From positions 992,001-1,056,000 of the forward strand of contig CM035361.1 in assembly GCA_020137815.1 (NCBI GenBank): 64,000 bases of DNA, read 5' to 3'. The translations under genes and the position numbers were made by a program. The notes beneath the pieces are model-generated. The model was not told the DNA's origin. It saw only the letters and a program-made list of their open reading frames with translations, and made no database searches. Below, piece after piece: positions 1 to 25,800 of this stretch. The stretch comes from Hormiphora californensis. Taxonomy: Eukaryota > Animalia > Ctenophora. Within the stretch, counting starts at the first letter, position 1; each line of letters opens with the position of its first letter.

Positions 1-1023
1 AGGAATCGCTAAAGTACGAAAATTTCAATTTTGACGTCATTGTGACGTCATAGCGTGACGTCACGACGTTATAACGTCATGCTAGTAAAAAATTATTATC
101 AGGCTCATCTAGATAAAGATGCTGACCAAGTTTGAGATCGATTGGACAAGATTTGAGGTCACTATGGCGAAAAACGCACTATCGTCATATCTATTTTCAT
201 ACAGTCTTAAAACTTCAGACGCGATTTAAGACCCTTGGAAATAGAGTTTCACAAATTCGCTATATAGTTTCTGAAAGTTTAGACGATTATCTTTCACAAG
301 TGTGGTCTCCATTTTTCAATCAGAAGCCGTCTTCAGGGTGTAAATTGAGCTCAAAGAAATTTGGTCGATTTGAAAAATGTCTTAACTTTATGACAGTTTT
401 AAGGACGTTCTGGTTGGACCTAGAACATGAAAACCGTCCAATAACACAATTCAAACGATTATCTTTCGAATGCAACAAACGAGAAGTGTCTATCTCTTGT
501 AGTTTTTCCAGAAAATTGTCTGCAAATTGTGTAAAAAAGCGTCTATATATGAATCTATATATGTATATATAGACCCGGGACATTTATTGCTTTTTCTACC
601 ATGTCATAACTCTGAAACTAAAAGAGATAGAGACTTGCCCTTTTAAACTCCAGTAGATCTAGTCTACGTGACACTGTATACCAAATTTCAGACCGATTGG
701 TGAAGTGGGGGCCTCGCTATGTGCGTCGCAAAATGCCATTTTTGGCTAAAAACTGAAAAAACTTATTACTGCTTTCTGGCACGCGCGGCTGGGGGGAGGT
801 GGTGGTCACCTTTGCGCTTGCCAGCGCAGTGATAGTTTTAGTAGATCATTGGCGATCATGGTAACTAAGTGAGCTACCCATCCCGTAACCATCATCATCT
901 GATCCCAAACTCAAGTAGTGATAATGTATACACTATACATTTTAAGGCCAGAGGGGGGTTGACGTTTTTTGGAGTGTTTTTGAGGTATACTTTATATTAA
1001 AGCGCTTAGCAAGGCGGATCGAT

Positions 1024-3504
1024 TAAATGTATAATTGATAGCACATGCCTGGTTGATTCCGATATCCTACCGATGCGTTGTCGAACACGGAATAAAAATA
1101 AACCTGGTCCACCGTTTTACTCCAGGTAGTCATACAGTCGCCTTCAGTAAATGCTGTTCTGACAACCTATTGGAGTTAGTTGTTACTAAATAAATTCTCA
1201 AACAAACATATTCAATGAATATGTGAATAATTATTATTCATTTTGCGATTGTGGTGATATCATAATCCGTGACAGTTCGATAATACTAATAGTATATGAA
1301 CAAGCTAAGGCACTCTTTCGTTCCTTTTTTCACAAACCTGATCGCCATTGCAAGTTATGATAAACTCGTCTGCAGTTTTCTGGAACGTCCAAATTCTCAC
1401 GGTCTCCTCGGTACTCGGCTGGATGGTAAAATTCCCTTTAGTGACACATTTCAACAAAGAGTACTGCATCAGTGGCGGTGTGATAAATATATCAATTATC
1501 CCAGTCTGCGTTCCTCCGCTCAGGGAGGTTAATCTCAGGAGAGATTTGTTTGTCTTGGTAAGCACTTGGAAGGCTGGAGACGAAAAGTCAGAGATGGAGA
1601 TGAAGGATCTTTGAACTGGGTGCCAGGCTGAAAGAGAGATCTGGATGTTAGTTACTCTTCGGATTTTTATGGATTGTTATGCAGATTGTAGTGGAAGCTC
1701 TTACGGTTTTTTCCACGGTGTGCGACAAAACCGTAAGAGCTTCCACTATTGGACTTAAACTTACAATCATTTAGAAAGTACTCAGTGGATGCATCATCGA
1801 TAGTTATTAGAAAATCCAAGGCCGCCAAAGTGGCACTCCATTCATTTACACAGCTATCCGGGTACGTGAGTTGGTAAAATTGATCACCATTCAACTCTAT
1901 CACAAAAGAGTTTGATGAAGGAGTAAACTCCCAGGTGTGTACTGTGTTCATGGCGATAGCCTTACCAAGCGACACAAAATTTTCATGGCAGCCTCCCAAT
2001 TTTATCAAAACAGAACCGGTAGACATTACAGCGATTGCAAAAAGGTTCATAAAACCGGTCGTGAATACAACCATAATAGAAACCTAGGAAAGAGATAATA
2101 ATTAAATGACTTATCTTATTACATGTACTAGTTATTGATTATTGAATACAGTCGGATCCCCCCTCCCCGACGAGTCCGGTAAATCGGGGTTTGAATCCTG
2201 TTTCATGTTTGAATGCTTGATTAAAACGATTAGTTTAACTTACAACGGAAAATGTTGCATCAGAGGAGTGTAATGATCTTGTTTTAAATGTTGGCTGGGT
2301 ATCATTCCATAACAGCAATGTATCGATAACATCGTTCCAATCTAGAAGAGGGGATTTTAAAACACGATTTAACGATCAGAAACCTTGTTCTATTCTATAC
2401 TAAACTAGACGGGGATGGAGTCTATAAATGTATCAACATTACACAAATTACTAGATAATATTAGGTTGTCCAAGAAATAATGTCGCGAGCCGATTTCTCC
2501 AACTTAACTCAACAATTTCGGTATACAACTTTTTCTAGCGCCTTGATCTAACCCTTGTCTGTATATAACAAGTGTCTGTTTTGAAAAATTTGATATTTGA
2601 CTTCCCTTGGTGAACCCGGAAAAATTGCAAAAAATTTTGCCGCTGAACGAGATTTCTGTTCATGTTAAAAAAACTGCTATAGTTATTTAATCAAGCATCT
2701 GTAAGATTTTTAATGACATCAAGCCTGTTTATTAGACAAATATCTATCTTTTGAGTGGTGAATGAAGTCACAGATCCAATTTGTCTCGGAGCTATGGAGC
2801 TCTGAAAAATTTTGGTCAAAATCGGAAATTTTCACTTCCGGGATACTTCAGATTTGATTGGATTGGTGAATGATAAATTTTTTTGATGGTAATTAATAGT
2901 CCCAACTAAGCTTTTAACCGTAGTAAAGTTAACTTTGGCTTGGTAAGGTTTTGAGGTGAAAAAATGCGGTTTTTTTGAAAGTCCCGATTTTTGGGTCCAA
3001 AATCGAGGTAAAATTTTTCGTTTTTTTCACTTTTTTGGGGTAGATTTACTAAGTTTTGCCGTTTCCATAGAACGCGTTGAGACTAAAATGGCATGGGTGC
3101 TATATCTTTGGACGATGGGCTATCGTTTGACGCCATTTAGAGTTCTGGAAACTTAAATGGCTTCCTTCCAGCGACGTTTTAAAATTTGCAAAACTCCCGT
3201 TCAGCGGCAGAGCGACTTCCGGTGACAGATTACCCAAATACGGGCAATGAAAATATTAGTATGAAATTCTAAATGTGTTTTCCAGACGGGAAATTGTCTA
3301 CTGAACAAGATAGAACAAGTTAAAAGTCGCTAACTCATGCATTTCTACAAAAAATCGTAAGACGACATTATTTCCTGGACAACCTAATATATAATATTCA
3401 ATCAACCTACCGTGTGGGTCAGCAATAGGATTGGCGGTAACGCTGTTATCGGTCAGAACTGGTCCAACAGCTGCCATCAACACAATGCACAAGACGAGAT
3501 ACAT
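1024..3504 (-). CDS. Secreted protein with signal peptide and two tandem ~130-aa homologous domains; at least 5 exons (3504-3411, 2341-2244, 2083-1765, 1627-1338, 1166-~1024); 3' end uncertain
   Basis: Phase-consistent GT/AG exons give MYLVLCIVLMAAVGPVLTDNS... (hydrophobic N-terminus). Repeat 1: HTWEFTPSSNSFVIELNGDQ..DSCVNEWSAT..DDASTEY. Repeat 2: RIWTFQKTADEFIITCNGDQ..GDCMTTWSKT..DNASVGY. Family not recognised. Confidence 0.7.
2461..3387. mobile_element. Mariner-type non-autonomous element in intron 1 of the secreted-protein gene
   Basis: TIR TTAGGTTGTCCAAGAAATAATGTCG / CGACATTATTTCCTGGACAACCTAA (1 mismatch), flanked by TA on both sides. Confidence 0.85.
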
Positions 3505-3585
3505 TTTGAGCGCTGAGTAGAGCAAAATATTATCCCTCAAACTATTGGAAATGAAGTTTTAAGGGGGAAAGATTATTATATGTGA

Positions 3586-3983
<398 letters not shown>

Positions 3984-5444
3984 ATTTCATTTGTCTTGAC
4001 TACTTGGGAATTATGGATCCTCTAACTCTGCCTCACGGGATATTGGCTCATGAGGCCCCATAGAAATATATTATGCGTCTCTATAAACATAATCCTCTGC
4101 TTAAAAAAATCCTACAACATATATCAGGGGACCTACTAGATCACAGCGTTAGTATACGTGACATGGTTTTACCCCCCCCCCTTTTCATGTCATTGTTGGA
4201 CTAATGAGTTGCACTGCAACTGCCTCGTTGGCCATTGGTCACTTTGAGGGTTCGAGAGAAATAGTAAAACGTGAAAAATACCTCTGTTATGACAGGTGTG
4301 AGATGTGAGAGGTAAATATTGGTGGTTACAGGATTTTGACCTTTTTTCCAGTCCTATAAAAACAGAGAAAGTGAGGTTTACAAGAAACGTGACGGTTTTT
4401 GACAACGCCACACTGTGAGACTCGAGAGGTCATTTCTCATTCAATACTCATACTTTTTATCAAACCACAACGAACAAACAACACAACATCTAGCGATAGA
4501 ATGGTCTGCTAAAGATAGTACGGGGTTTAACATTATAATGTTAATGCATTAGTACTGCGCTTTGCCACAAGTATTTAATGGCACTGTACCATCCAACTTG
4601 GTTAAAATACTTGAAGATGTATAAACGTGTACATAAAATGTTGACACACCAACAACATACAATTATTGTCCTGACATTAACCAAACATCATTAGTTTTAA
4701 ACCTTGGGTACAACCCCGAGCTGACATTCGCGATACGATAGGGACTTGTTGTTGGAATTCTCCATGATTCTAAATATCATCATACCATCAACTTTGCCAA
4801 GTGCCTCATACCAATTGTCAAAACACGCCTCATCACTCAATGTCAATTGTCACTCCCCCCCCCCCCGCCCGGTGAGCTTGGTCAATGTGTTTAGTCATCC
4901 CCCCCTCCCGCTAACAAACAATGATATGATAAGAGATCAGGTGTTCACATTCTGCGTATAGGGGAGGGGGTGGCGATAATACCCTCTCAAAACCTTTCAA
5001 AAGTAATAAACCATGAAATGTCTGATAATTAGTGACTTGTTAAATTCTTCAGGATTCAATCGAGGTTGAAAACCCCTTTTGTTAACCCTCCTCCACCAAG
5101 AACAAAAACCAAGGGGGTAAACAGACTTCTTTAACCCCTTTCCCCCGGTTTTAACGAGGTTACCTTGAAGTTTGTTAAAGGATACCAAACCAATAAACAA
5201 CAATTTCAGATTCCTTTTAGGGTCACGGACTTTTATTTCAAACCCGGGACCGATTTTGTTGTGGTTTTGGGTTAATTTTTTTTTGCGTGATTATGCCCCC
5301 CCCCCCCTGATTATAATGTCAAATATGGGACAGTGTGATTAATGTTTTATCCAGTGTATGTGTGTTATTTTACTTTTTTGTTGTGTCTTTTCAGTTTCAA
5401 TTACACTTCATTGAGTGAAGAACTACCGACATCATCTCTCTCAG

Positions 5445-7072
<1,628 letters not shown>

Positions 7073-8497
7073 ACATTGTGATATGAAATTAAAACACTTG
7101 AATTCTGTTTAAATATCAGATCTGATCAGGATTTGCTTGTGCTGTCCACTCATCTGTTCATCAGTTCAGAACGCGAGAGAAAGTGAGGCCCAAAATATCA
7201 GAAAGAGACTCCGCCTGTTTTATATTGTCTTTCTTTTATCTAAGAGAGTTATACATCACGCGATATTCTTTTGTGTGTTTGCAGTATACAAAATATGTAC
7301 ATTACACCCCCCTCTAACAATTCTACAGTCTGTGTGTATGTGAGTACAGAGGTACTACCACAGTATTATTGTATACTAAGAGACCCCATAAATTACTCTC
7401 CCCTGTGTTCGAAATATCTCTATTATAATTTGGAGATGAACGTCGTGGCCGTTCGTTCAGTGCGTTTCTACGCGACAGTGCTCCTTCATAAAACACTTCA
7501 TATGACCAAAGCTGTAAAGCTGTTGCTCACACTTTTGGAACTTCCAATGGAAGTTTCTTAATATTTCGAAACTTTTAACAGGCCAGTCCCCATGATAGTT
7601 ACCAATTCAGTTGCCATGGCAAGCGTGTTATTGACGTTGAAAGGGGCGAAAAGAACCATCCGGCGAAGCCGGGTGGGTTATCTTAAAGCCCTTACTTGAG
7701 GCGCACCCAATGGGTGCGCTAGTACTCCTAAAAGAACAGTGTTTATTTTGTGTTGTGTTGCCCGCGCCGACAGACAAACTAATGAAACATTACAGTTGTA
7801 AGCAATCTGCCTGCGCGCGTCGTAAAACACATTTCCACACTTCTCGGTTCGTGTTCGCTCGTGTACCAAATGCTGAACTGCTGTACTTTCATCGCAGGCA
7901 GCCATTCAGCGCGCAACACAGAAATTGGATCAGGTGACTTGAGAGAGGATACAGAATATACGACAATGTCCTTTTTGTGAATCAATAAATATGTATACCG
8001 AAGGAAATACACACAGGACACATTTAAATACACGTTCTCACCACAATAATGTCACTATCCTTCTATCACACACCCTCATACACGCACTGAGAGAGACACA
8101 CCACTACGCAAAGAGTAGGGCATACTTAGATGTGTATTGCGTGGGTGTATGGGGGTGTGCAGTATACACACACACACAAAATAGGTCAAACACTAAATTC
8201 ATATTTCACTAACATAAAAATGATATAACACAGCAGTTAGTGTCACTCTTCTCTTAATTTTACAACCACGAAATAGGTGACCTGCACCTTAAATTAATCG
8301 ACCAGTTCCTAAAATCAATCTCTCTCTCTCTAAGTGTCCCAAATCTTCAAAGTTTCTCCGAATCACATATCATAACTCCTGCGTTATTCGGTACTGGTTA
8401 CCGCACAAACTGTTCAATCTGAGAAAAGTTTATGATTTAAGAAGGAAGAAATGGAAGATTATAGTTATTATAAACGGGGATGACTTGATAACTGTTT

Positions 8498-8569
8498 AAC
8501 TATATAGTACTACCCGACTACCTTCCTCTCCCAGCGAAGGGGAAAGTAGTCGGGTAGTACTGGATAGTT
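8498..8569. repeat. Short hairpin (mini inverted repeat)
   Basis: aactat..agtactacccgactac ... gtagtcgggtagtact..atagtt. Confidence 0.7.
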
Positions 8570-8835
8570 AGGAAGTTATGGATTGGATTAGAAGTGCCAG
8601 TGGTTAGATGGGGGAAGCGTGGGAACCTGTCGCATACCCGACCCACTATCACTGTGCCCCGGGATAGAACAGAACATGGAACGGGGGGCGGGGGGGGGGG
8701 GGGGGTGACTGATCATTTCTATGAAATAGAGTTGTTGGATCTCTGTCTGGGGAAAAGGGGGTTGGAATAGTAGTTAGATGGTTCACCAAGAGAAGTTGCA
8801 AAAGGGATCCAGGGAGAAATGTGTGTGTGTGTTGA

Positions 8836-9066
<231 letters not shown>

Positions 9067-9212
9067 TAGTATTTGTGCTAGCAAGCCAAGAAAGAACTTA
9101 CATCCGCAACTAAAGTAGCAGCTGCAATGGATTATCATGGCTGGTGCCCTGTGTGTAAATCTCTTGATTCAAAATGCTCTATGTTATGGTTGTACCAGGT
9201 GTTTTGCAAGTA

Positions 9213-9385
9213 CAGTCGGACCCCGATTTAGGGCCCCCCGATTTAGTGGCACCCCGATTTAGGGACAGGGTTTTTTTCCCCCGATATACGAAAATTAACA
9301 TAATTTGAACCCGATTTAGTGGACACCCCGATTTAGTGGACAAGAGCCTTTCCCCCGAGGGTGTCCCTAAATCGGGGTCCGACTG
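9213..9385. mobile_element. Small Tc1/pogo-like MITE (CAGTCGGACCCCGATTTA termini, TA flanks); related copies or fragments at ~2150, 6590, 48140, 54580, 55745-55832, 57618-57683, 59070-59149, 63425
   Basis: ta-CAGTCGGACCCCGATTTAGGG ... CCCTAAATCGGGGTCCGACTG-ta, with internal repeats of ccccgattta. Confidence 0.85.
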
Positions 9386-9680
9386 TACTTGGTGTGATTT
9401 TTAGAATAAAAATTTAACCTTGCCGATACACCCATATTCTCGCCCAAAAGCAGTAAATTAGTAAATACACACGTCAACAACCGCAAATAAGCATACAAGC
9501 ACACTGCACACATACGTCATACAGACAGACAAACAACCACAAATAAATACACGAGGCTTGGGGCGGGGGCAGCCCAAAATACACACACGCACGCAGTCAA
9601 TTAATTGCGTAGAAACAAGAACAAACAAGCGCACAGACACACTCAATTTACTATGCCTTTAAATGGAGAGTTCTATTCAT

Positions 9681-19504
<9,824 letters not shown>

Positions 19505-20591
19505 TGCACATGATATACACTACACTGTGCACCGCTCACGTTGTTACATCACGTCACACGCCTTCTATCTCATATTGCTAGGGAGAGAGAGAGAGAGTGT
19601 AAGATAGGGAGATTAAGAGAGGCCCATGAAGAGTTAGCTGTTAGAGAGGTAGGGTTTGAGAAGGAGCGTTAGAGAGAGTTCAGTTTCAGGTAGGGAGATT
19701 AAGAAGGAGGGATATAGACTCTATATCCCTCCTATATTATAGAGTGAGGGTTAGAAAGAGAGAATAAGGGAAACTAAGGGTCAGAAACATTATACTCTCG
19801 CGACTGTTTTGTTTCGACTTTCGTCTAGCATATAGGAAGAAGGAGAAAGGTAAACATTGGAGTTTGAACATGTTGGACAGGGATAAAAAGAAAGCACATG
19901 CAAAATGAGCATGCCATGTTGGTCGTTAGTCTTTAGAATAAAACGCGAAATTGGGTGTGAGTGTGGGTATTATAACAGTGTCATTTTCTAGGACAATTAA
20001 ATAGTGCACGTCTCTCTCATTCGTCAAAAAACTAACTAGGTATATATTCGGATTAAAAAGTGATTATCCATTTCTAAACCTGCGTGAATGTAATAATGGT
20101 AAAAACACCACAAACACTCCCACAAACATACAGTATTATATACAATATTCACACACACGCACCACGCTTCCTGGAATTCTAAACTTGTGAAGCAATATAT
20201 TAGAAACGTACTGAGCACAGGGAACCGGTAACGAATCTGATCTCTAATAAATCGTAGCTAGATATAATGTCAGAGCGTTCGCCCTTTTAGTTTATGTTTT
20301 ACTTGTCATGCTCATCTTACAAATGTGTCAATATCAGCTTCTAAAAAACGCTACGAAGCTCTTACAAATATTTGTTTATCTTTTCTTGAAATCAAAAATT
20401 CCTGAGTTCAGCTACTCCCATTTTACTGGACACAATATATCAACAGAAGTTCACAGAGTTTTGTAGTCTTCACTGCTCGTTTCCTTGTTTCCTACGAAGA
20501 ACAACTACCAAGAGGTAGATCCAAGATTTCTTCTAACTTCTTTAGATCCAAGAGGTCTTCTAACCACTCTAGATCCAAGTGGCAGTCTTCT

Positions 20592-21133
20592 CTAGATAGC
20601 CAGTCCAAAGATACTGACAATACAGTACATTGTCTTGTTCTCCCACCGCACCGTGCAACTCCCATCCGTGCTGTTGTCCCAGAAACAGCTGTTCGCCATG
20701 TGAAGTCCTGAGGGAGATGTTGATTGGGTCATCAATTGTCAAACAGAAAGGGTGAAATTTATTCGAATCTAAAGGGTGAATAATAAAGGGTGAACGTTCG
20801 AAGGGTCAGAAAGTAACATACCAGCACCATTTTTCTGCATGATAACACAGTTAACAATGTATTTGAAGGGTTTGTTCAACTTGGTCAGCTGGTTTAGACA
20901 CTGTTCAACCACATTGCTTGTCCACTGGTTGACTTTGTTGTGCTGGTAAGCGTTCCCTCCGATTGTCGCCTCTAAGAAGGATTAAGTCATTTTAGACTTC
21001 ATCAGCCATTATTATGCTAGTTATGTTTACATATTTTCCAGCTGTGTTACTTACCGATTGATTCCTTGATGATGTTGCTGATTTCATCGTTGACAAATGC
21101 CGTGTCCTCACCGGCAGCGAAATCGCTGTCCAT
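20592..21133 (-). CDS. DYNLT1: Dynein light chain Tctex-type 1 (exons 21133-21055, 20971-20822, 20707-20592)
   Basis: [114 protein letters not shown]. Confidence 0.97.
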
Positions 21134-21360
21134 GACTTTTGATCTAACATGAAGTATACGGATAATGACAAAAACTAACATATGAATAACGGCCCACCGG
21201 AACAGCTTTGACCTTTTTCACAAACTTTAAGTGCTTCATGGGTCAATAGAGTGTAGTTCAGCACGAGTGGTTAGCATATCGTTGCTACCCGGGGGTCCGC
21301 AACGCATGCACAGTAGTATAGGCTCGGGAGTTGGAAAAAATACAAAAACTCGGGGAAATC

Positions 21361-22780
21361 TTGGCATACGTTGCAGGCCCCTTATAATATAATATAAGGG
21401 GCCTGGAGGGAATACCGCGCTAGGGGGGAATACATAATCAATCATATCTCCGGTTCCAGATAAGGTACAGAAATCGTTTTGGTAGCGTTGGAAAGAGGAA
21501 GATAAAGTCGGATTTTTTGAAACTGTCACCCCCCTTTTCGTGCGCGGAATGTTTTTGCGCGTCACATCACATGTTAACGTGTGGTGTGCGCGTCAAAACT
21601 GATAAATTTCACATGCGCGGTCATTTGGGGGTGACAGTTTCAAAAAATCCGACTTTAACAGCTTTCAAATGCAACCGGTTTCAGGTCTCTATCTTATCTT
21701 GGAATGCGCTGCAGCCCCCTCATGCGCGCACCCCCGCAACGAGGGGACTGGAGGGAATGCCGCGCGCGCGTTTGGCCTGAGCCCGGCTGGGTCGAAAATA
21801 ACTTTGCGGTCGAAAAAACGGCGGTGCTTATAACTTTGGCCCTGAAATCCGTTTGCTTGATTCTTCACTAGCTGTTAGATCGACAATTATCTACCTTGCT
21901 GTTTTTGAGAGAAGTTAATTGGACTTGAGGAGGCTGAGCAATAGCCGTTCAAAGATTGGTTGTTTTCAAAAAGTGACGTCACAGGTCCCTGAGGGAAACT
22001 TTGTTTCAAATTTGAATTAAAATCTCGAATTTTTTATTTTACCGCACTCGATTTTGCGAGTTGGTTCATATCTCCTGTTCTGATAAAATAGAGACCTGAA
22101 AACGGTTGCATTTTAAAAGCTGTTATCTTCTCTTTCCAACGCTACCAAAAACGATTGCTGTACCTTATCTGGAACCGGAGATATGATTGATTATGTATTC
22201 CCCCCTAGCGCGGTATTCCCTCCAGGCCCCTTATATTATATTATAAGGGGCCTGCAACGTATGCCAATATCTTATCAGGAACAGAAGATATGAACCAAAC
22301 TCCGCAAAATCTGTCTGGCGGCGCCAGACCCCAATTTGATTCTCAAATTGGGCTCCTATCTGATTCCTAATCTGAGCGCGCGACAGTGCGCTCAGATGGG
22401 TCGCGGCGCCAGACAGCGCAAAATCGAGTGCGGTAAAATAAAAAAATTCGAGATTTTAATTCAAATTTGAAACAAAGTGTCCCTGCAGGGACCTGTGACG
22501 TCACTTTTTGAAAAAACCAATCTTTGAACGGCTATTGCTCAGCCTCTCCAAGTCCAATTAACTTCTCTCAAAAACAGCAAGGTAGATAATTGTCAGATCT
22601 AACAGCTAGTGAAAGAATCAAGCAAAACGGACTTCAGGGGCCAAAGTTATAAGCACCGCCGTTTTTTCGACCGCAAAGTTTTTCGACCCAGCCGGGCTCA
22701 GGCCAACGCGGCGCGCGGATTCCCTCCAGTTCCCCTCGTTGCGGGGGTGCGCGCATGAGGGGGCTGCAGCGCATTCCAAG
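21361..22780. mobile_element. Composite of interleaved inverted-repeat elements
   Basis: 21361-21495 is inverted at ~22130-22267; 21503-21535 is inverted at ~21626-21656; ~21700-22060 is inverted at ~22420-22780. Confidence 0.8.
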
Positions 22781-22888
22781 GGGAAATCCTGACCGAAAAG
22801 TCGAAAAAAAATTGAGATTTCAATTTGATGAAATTTCATTTGCACTGAGCGCGCGCAACTGTTTAGCAGTACATTTTAAAATATAATA

Positions 22889-25800
22889 GTCCTAAGCATT
22901 TGGGTCAAATACAGGAATTTTTAGATAACCATGCGAGACCTTCACTAAAAGTAGGCTATTGGTCCCGATACACACCAAAAATAAGTCTACGACCTAGACT
23001 CCCGAGAACATCCCTTAATTTGGCGTTAAGGGTATAATTGGCTAAAAATGAAATAAAAATTCAAAATCATCGCAGAAGGTCGTAATGGTCGCAATCGTTC
23101 AGAAATATTATTCTTATCATCTTAAGATCATAAAAGTGACCCAACTATGTATAATTTGTACCCAATTTGGCGTTAATTGGGTCAAATTGGGTCTAAATTG
23201 GGCAAAAATTCAAAATCGTTGTAGAAGGAAGCAGTTGGCATACCCCTTATGGTTACTTTGGGATTGTTCTTTCCATGAGGGTGTCGTACCAACATGCCTT
23301 AAACGCCAATTATAACACCCGTGTTTAAGAAAGGATCCAAAATGGAGGCTAAAAATTATCGGCCTGTCGCACTCACCTCCCAATGATTAAAACATTTGAG
23401 AGAGTGTAAGAAACAAAGTTGTCGATCATCTGGAGGAAATGGGCTCTCAACGATGGCCAGCATGGTTTCCGGAGGAACAGAAGCTGCTTGACTCAACTCT
23501 TAAACCACTACGATAATGTCATGAGAGAACTAAATAACGGACACGAAGTGGATGTTGTGTATTTAGACATGAGAAGGCTTTTGACAAAGTCGATGTCAAG
23601 GTCTTGATGGAAATTGGAAAAATACGGTATTCGGGGACAGCTACACCGTTGGATCTACAACTTCTTTCAGAAAGAGTACAAACAGTGATGGTAGATGGTG
23701 CCAGTCTGGGGAATTGGTCATCAGTGGTGTCCCACAGGGTACAGTTATGGTCCCTTGGTGTTTTAGTCTATATGATAGACATAGAGACACTTCTTTCTGG
23801 CACAGTCCTCACCTTCGCAGACGATTCCAAGCTGTGGAAGGCAATCAGTCATTGATGATAGAGAGGATCTCCAGAAAAGTTTAGCTGTGTTTGCACGTTG
23901 GGCGACAGAAAACAACATGTCCCTACACCAGGACAATTTGAAGTTATGAACTATACTCTTCGCTCCACCCAACTGTTAAGAGAGAGCTGCCATTCTCAAT
24001 GAAAACTACTCCTACAGTGGGCCTGGAGGTGAAACGATATCCCCTAGCGAATCTGTCAAAGACCTAGGAGTCCTTTTTTCAACAAAACTGTGCATGGTCG
24101 GAGCATATCGGCAGCATCACGACAAAGGCTCGTCGAATGAGTGGCTGGGCACTTAGTGTGTTTCGGATAATCGGATGACACCATGCTAACCTACTCAAAT
24201 CCCTGGTCAGACCCCGGTTGAATACTGTTGTCCCCTATGGAACCCTGTCAAAAAATCAGACATTGCCTGGTTGAGGAGGCACAGAGACAATTCACCCGCA
24301 GAGATCGCGAGCTGTTCGGGCATGAATTCTGGGACAGACTCCATCACCTCAAAATCCTGTCCTTCAACGGCGCCCGAGAGCGATAATAATATCCACGTCT
24401 GGAAGGTCTTGCATAAGGTGGTACCAAACAGTACGAGTCTCTTGTTTACAGAGCACCCACGCCTTGGCACCAGAGCGGTAATCCCTCGGTAAACTACTGG
24501 CCCAAAAATCCATCTCTGCCCCTATGACTCATCATTCGGCGTAAAAGGAGCTCAGTTGTGGAATGCAGTGCCTCGGGTAGTGAGATCTTCAGCTTCCTAC
24601 TCGAGCAAAGCAGTCGCTCGGTAAATATCTGTCCACCATCCTGACCACCACCGGTTCGGTGGGGGTATAGTGTTCAGCACAGTAACTCCCTTGGATTGGA
24701 GAAACGATCCGAGTGTTTTCAGAGTAGTAAATCATTCAGGGTGGTTTTGCTTTCTATGTTGTTTGGCTGCCCATTAAAAACCCGACTCCTTTGGTGTCTG
24801 AGTGTTAGCCTTTTGAGCTGAAACTTTGTGTACAATGCTTAATTTATTTATGAATGTTTATGAATGTTTATGAAAGGTCGTGGTTGGTCGCGATCGTTCG
24901 GAAATAGCAACCTTATCTTCTTGAATTCAAAATAGTGACCTAGTTGTGCCAAATTGGTGCGTAATTGGTCCTAATTGGGCCTAATTGGCTAAAAGTTAAG
25001 CATTTTTTATGTTAGAACAAGACCGTCAATTTTCGCCCTGACTGGGGAAACAATTTGGAACAGCGAAATTCCTTCACAAACGTATCCCTAAGGGTTTTCT
25101 GGAACAACTATGAGCTTTGGAACTTGCAGCTTGAGGGGCATTTTGGTCATTTCCGGGTGTTTGTGTCACCTGTAATTTCAGGCTGAGCCCAATATTGTAA
25201 ACAATTTTAGAATTGGAGTAGAGATAAAAATCAGTGCACTAAAGTATGTAGCGTCCTCGCATTAGTGGGGGTAGACACCCATGAAAATTTCCTATCTCAT
25301 TTGGTTAATTGGATAATTGGTTAATAGATGTATGTATAGCCGTATTTCAGCTATTATTCAGTTCAGTTTATGACCGACCATGTTTTGTGGCTTAGATAAG
25401 GTGTAAATGATCCTGAGGCCCTGCTAGATACCCTTCAGATGTTGCTAGAAAGCCTTCAGATGTTGCTAGATACCCCTAGAACTCCTTAGATACACCTATA
25501 ACTCTCCTAGAAACCCCTCAGACTCGAACAGATACCCCTCAAAGCCCACAAGATTCAACTAAGTACCCCTCACACCCGTTAGATAGCCTTTGAACAGTTC
25601 AGACCCTTTTCTATACCCCTCAGAGCTAACCTCAGAACTTCTTAGATACCCCTAGACCCCCTCAGACCTGGTAGATACCCCTAGAATCTTGCGAGAATGC
25701 TAGATGCCCCTAAACCATCCTAGATACTCATATAATAAACCCTCAAACAATACCCCTACAAGATATCCCTCCTGATCCCTCAGGCCCCAGTAGATACCCA

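Noticed and set aside
1-830. ORFs 132..572 and 320..583
   Set aside because: No recognisable protein; the composition resembles the non-autonomous DNA repeats elsewhere, but termini could not be defined.
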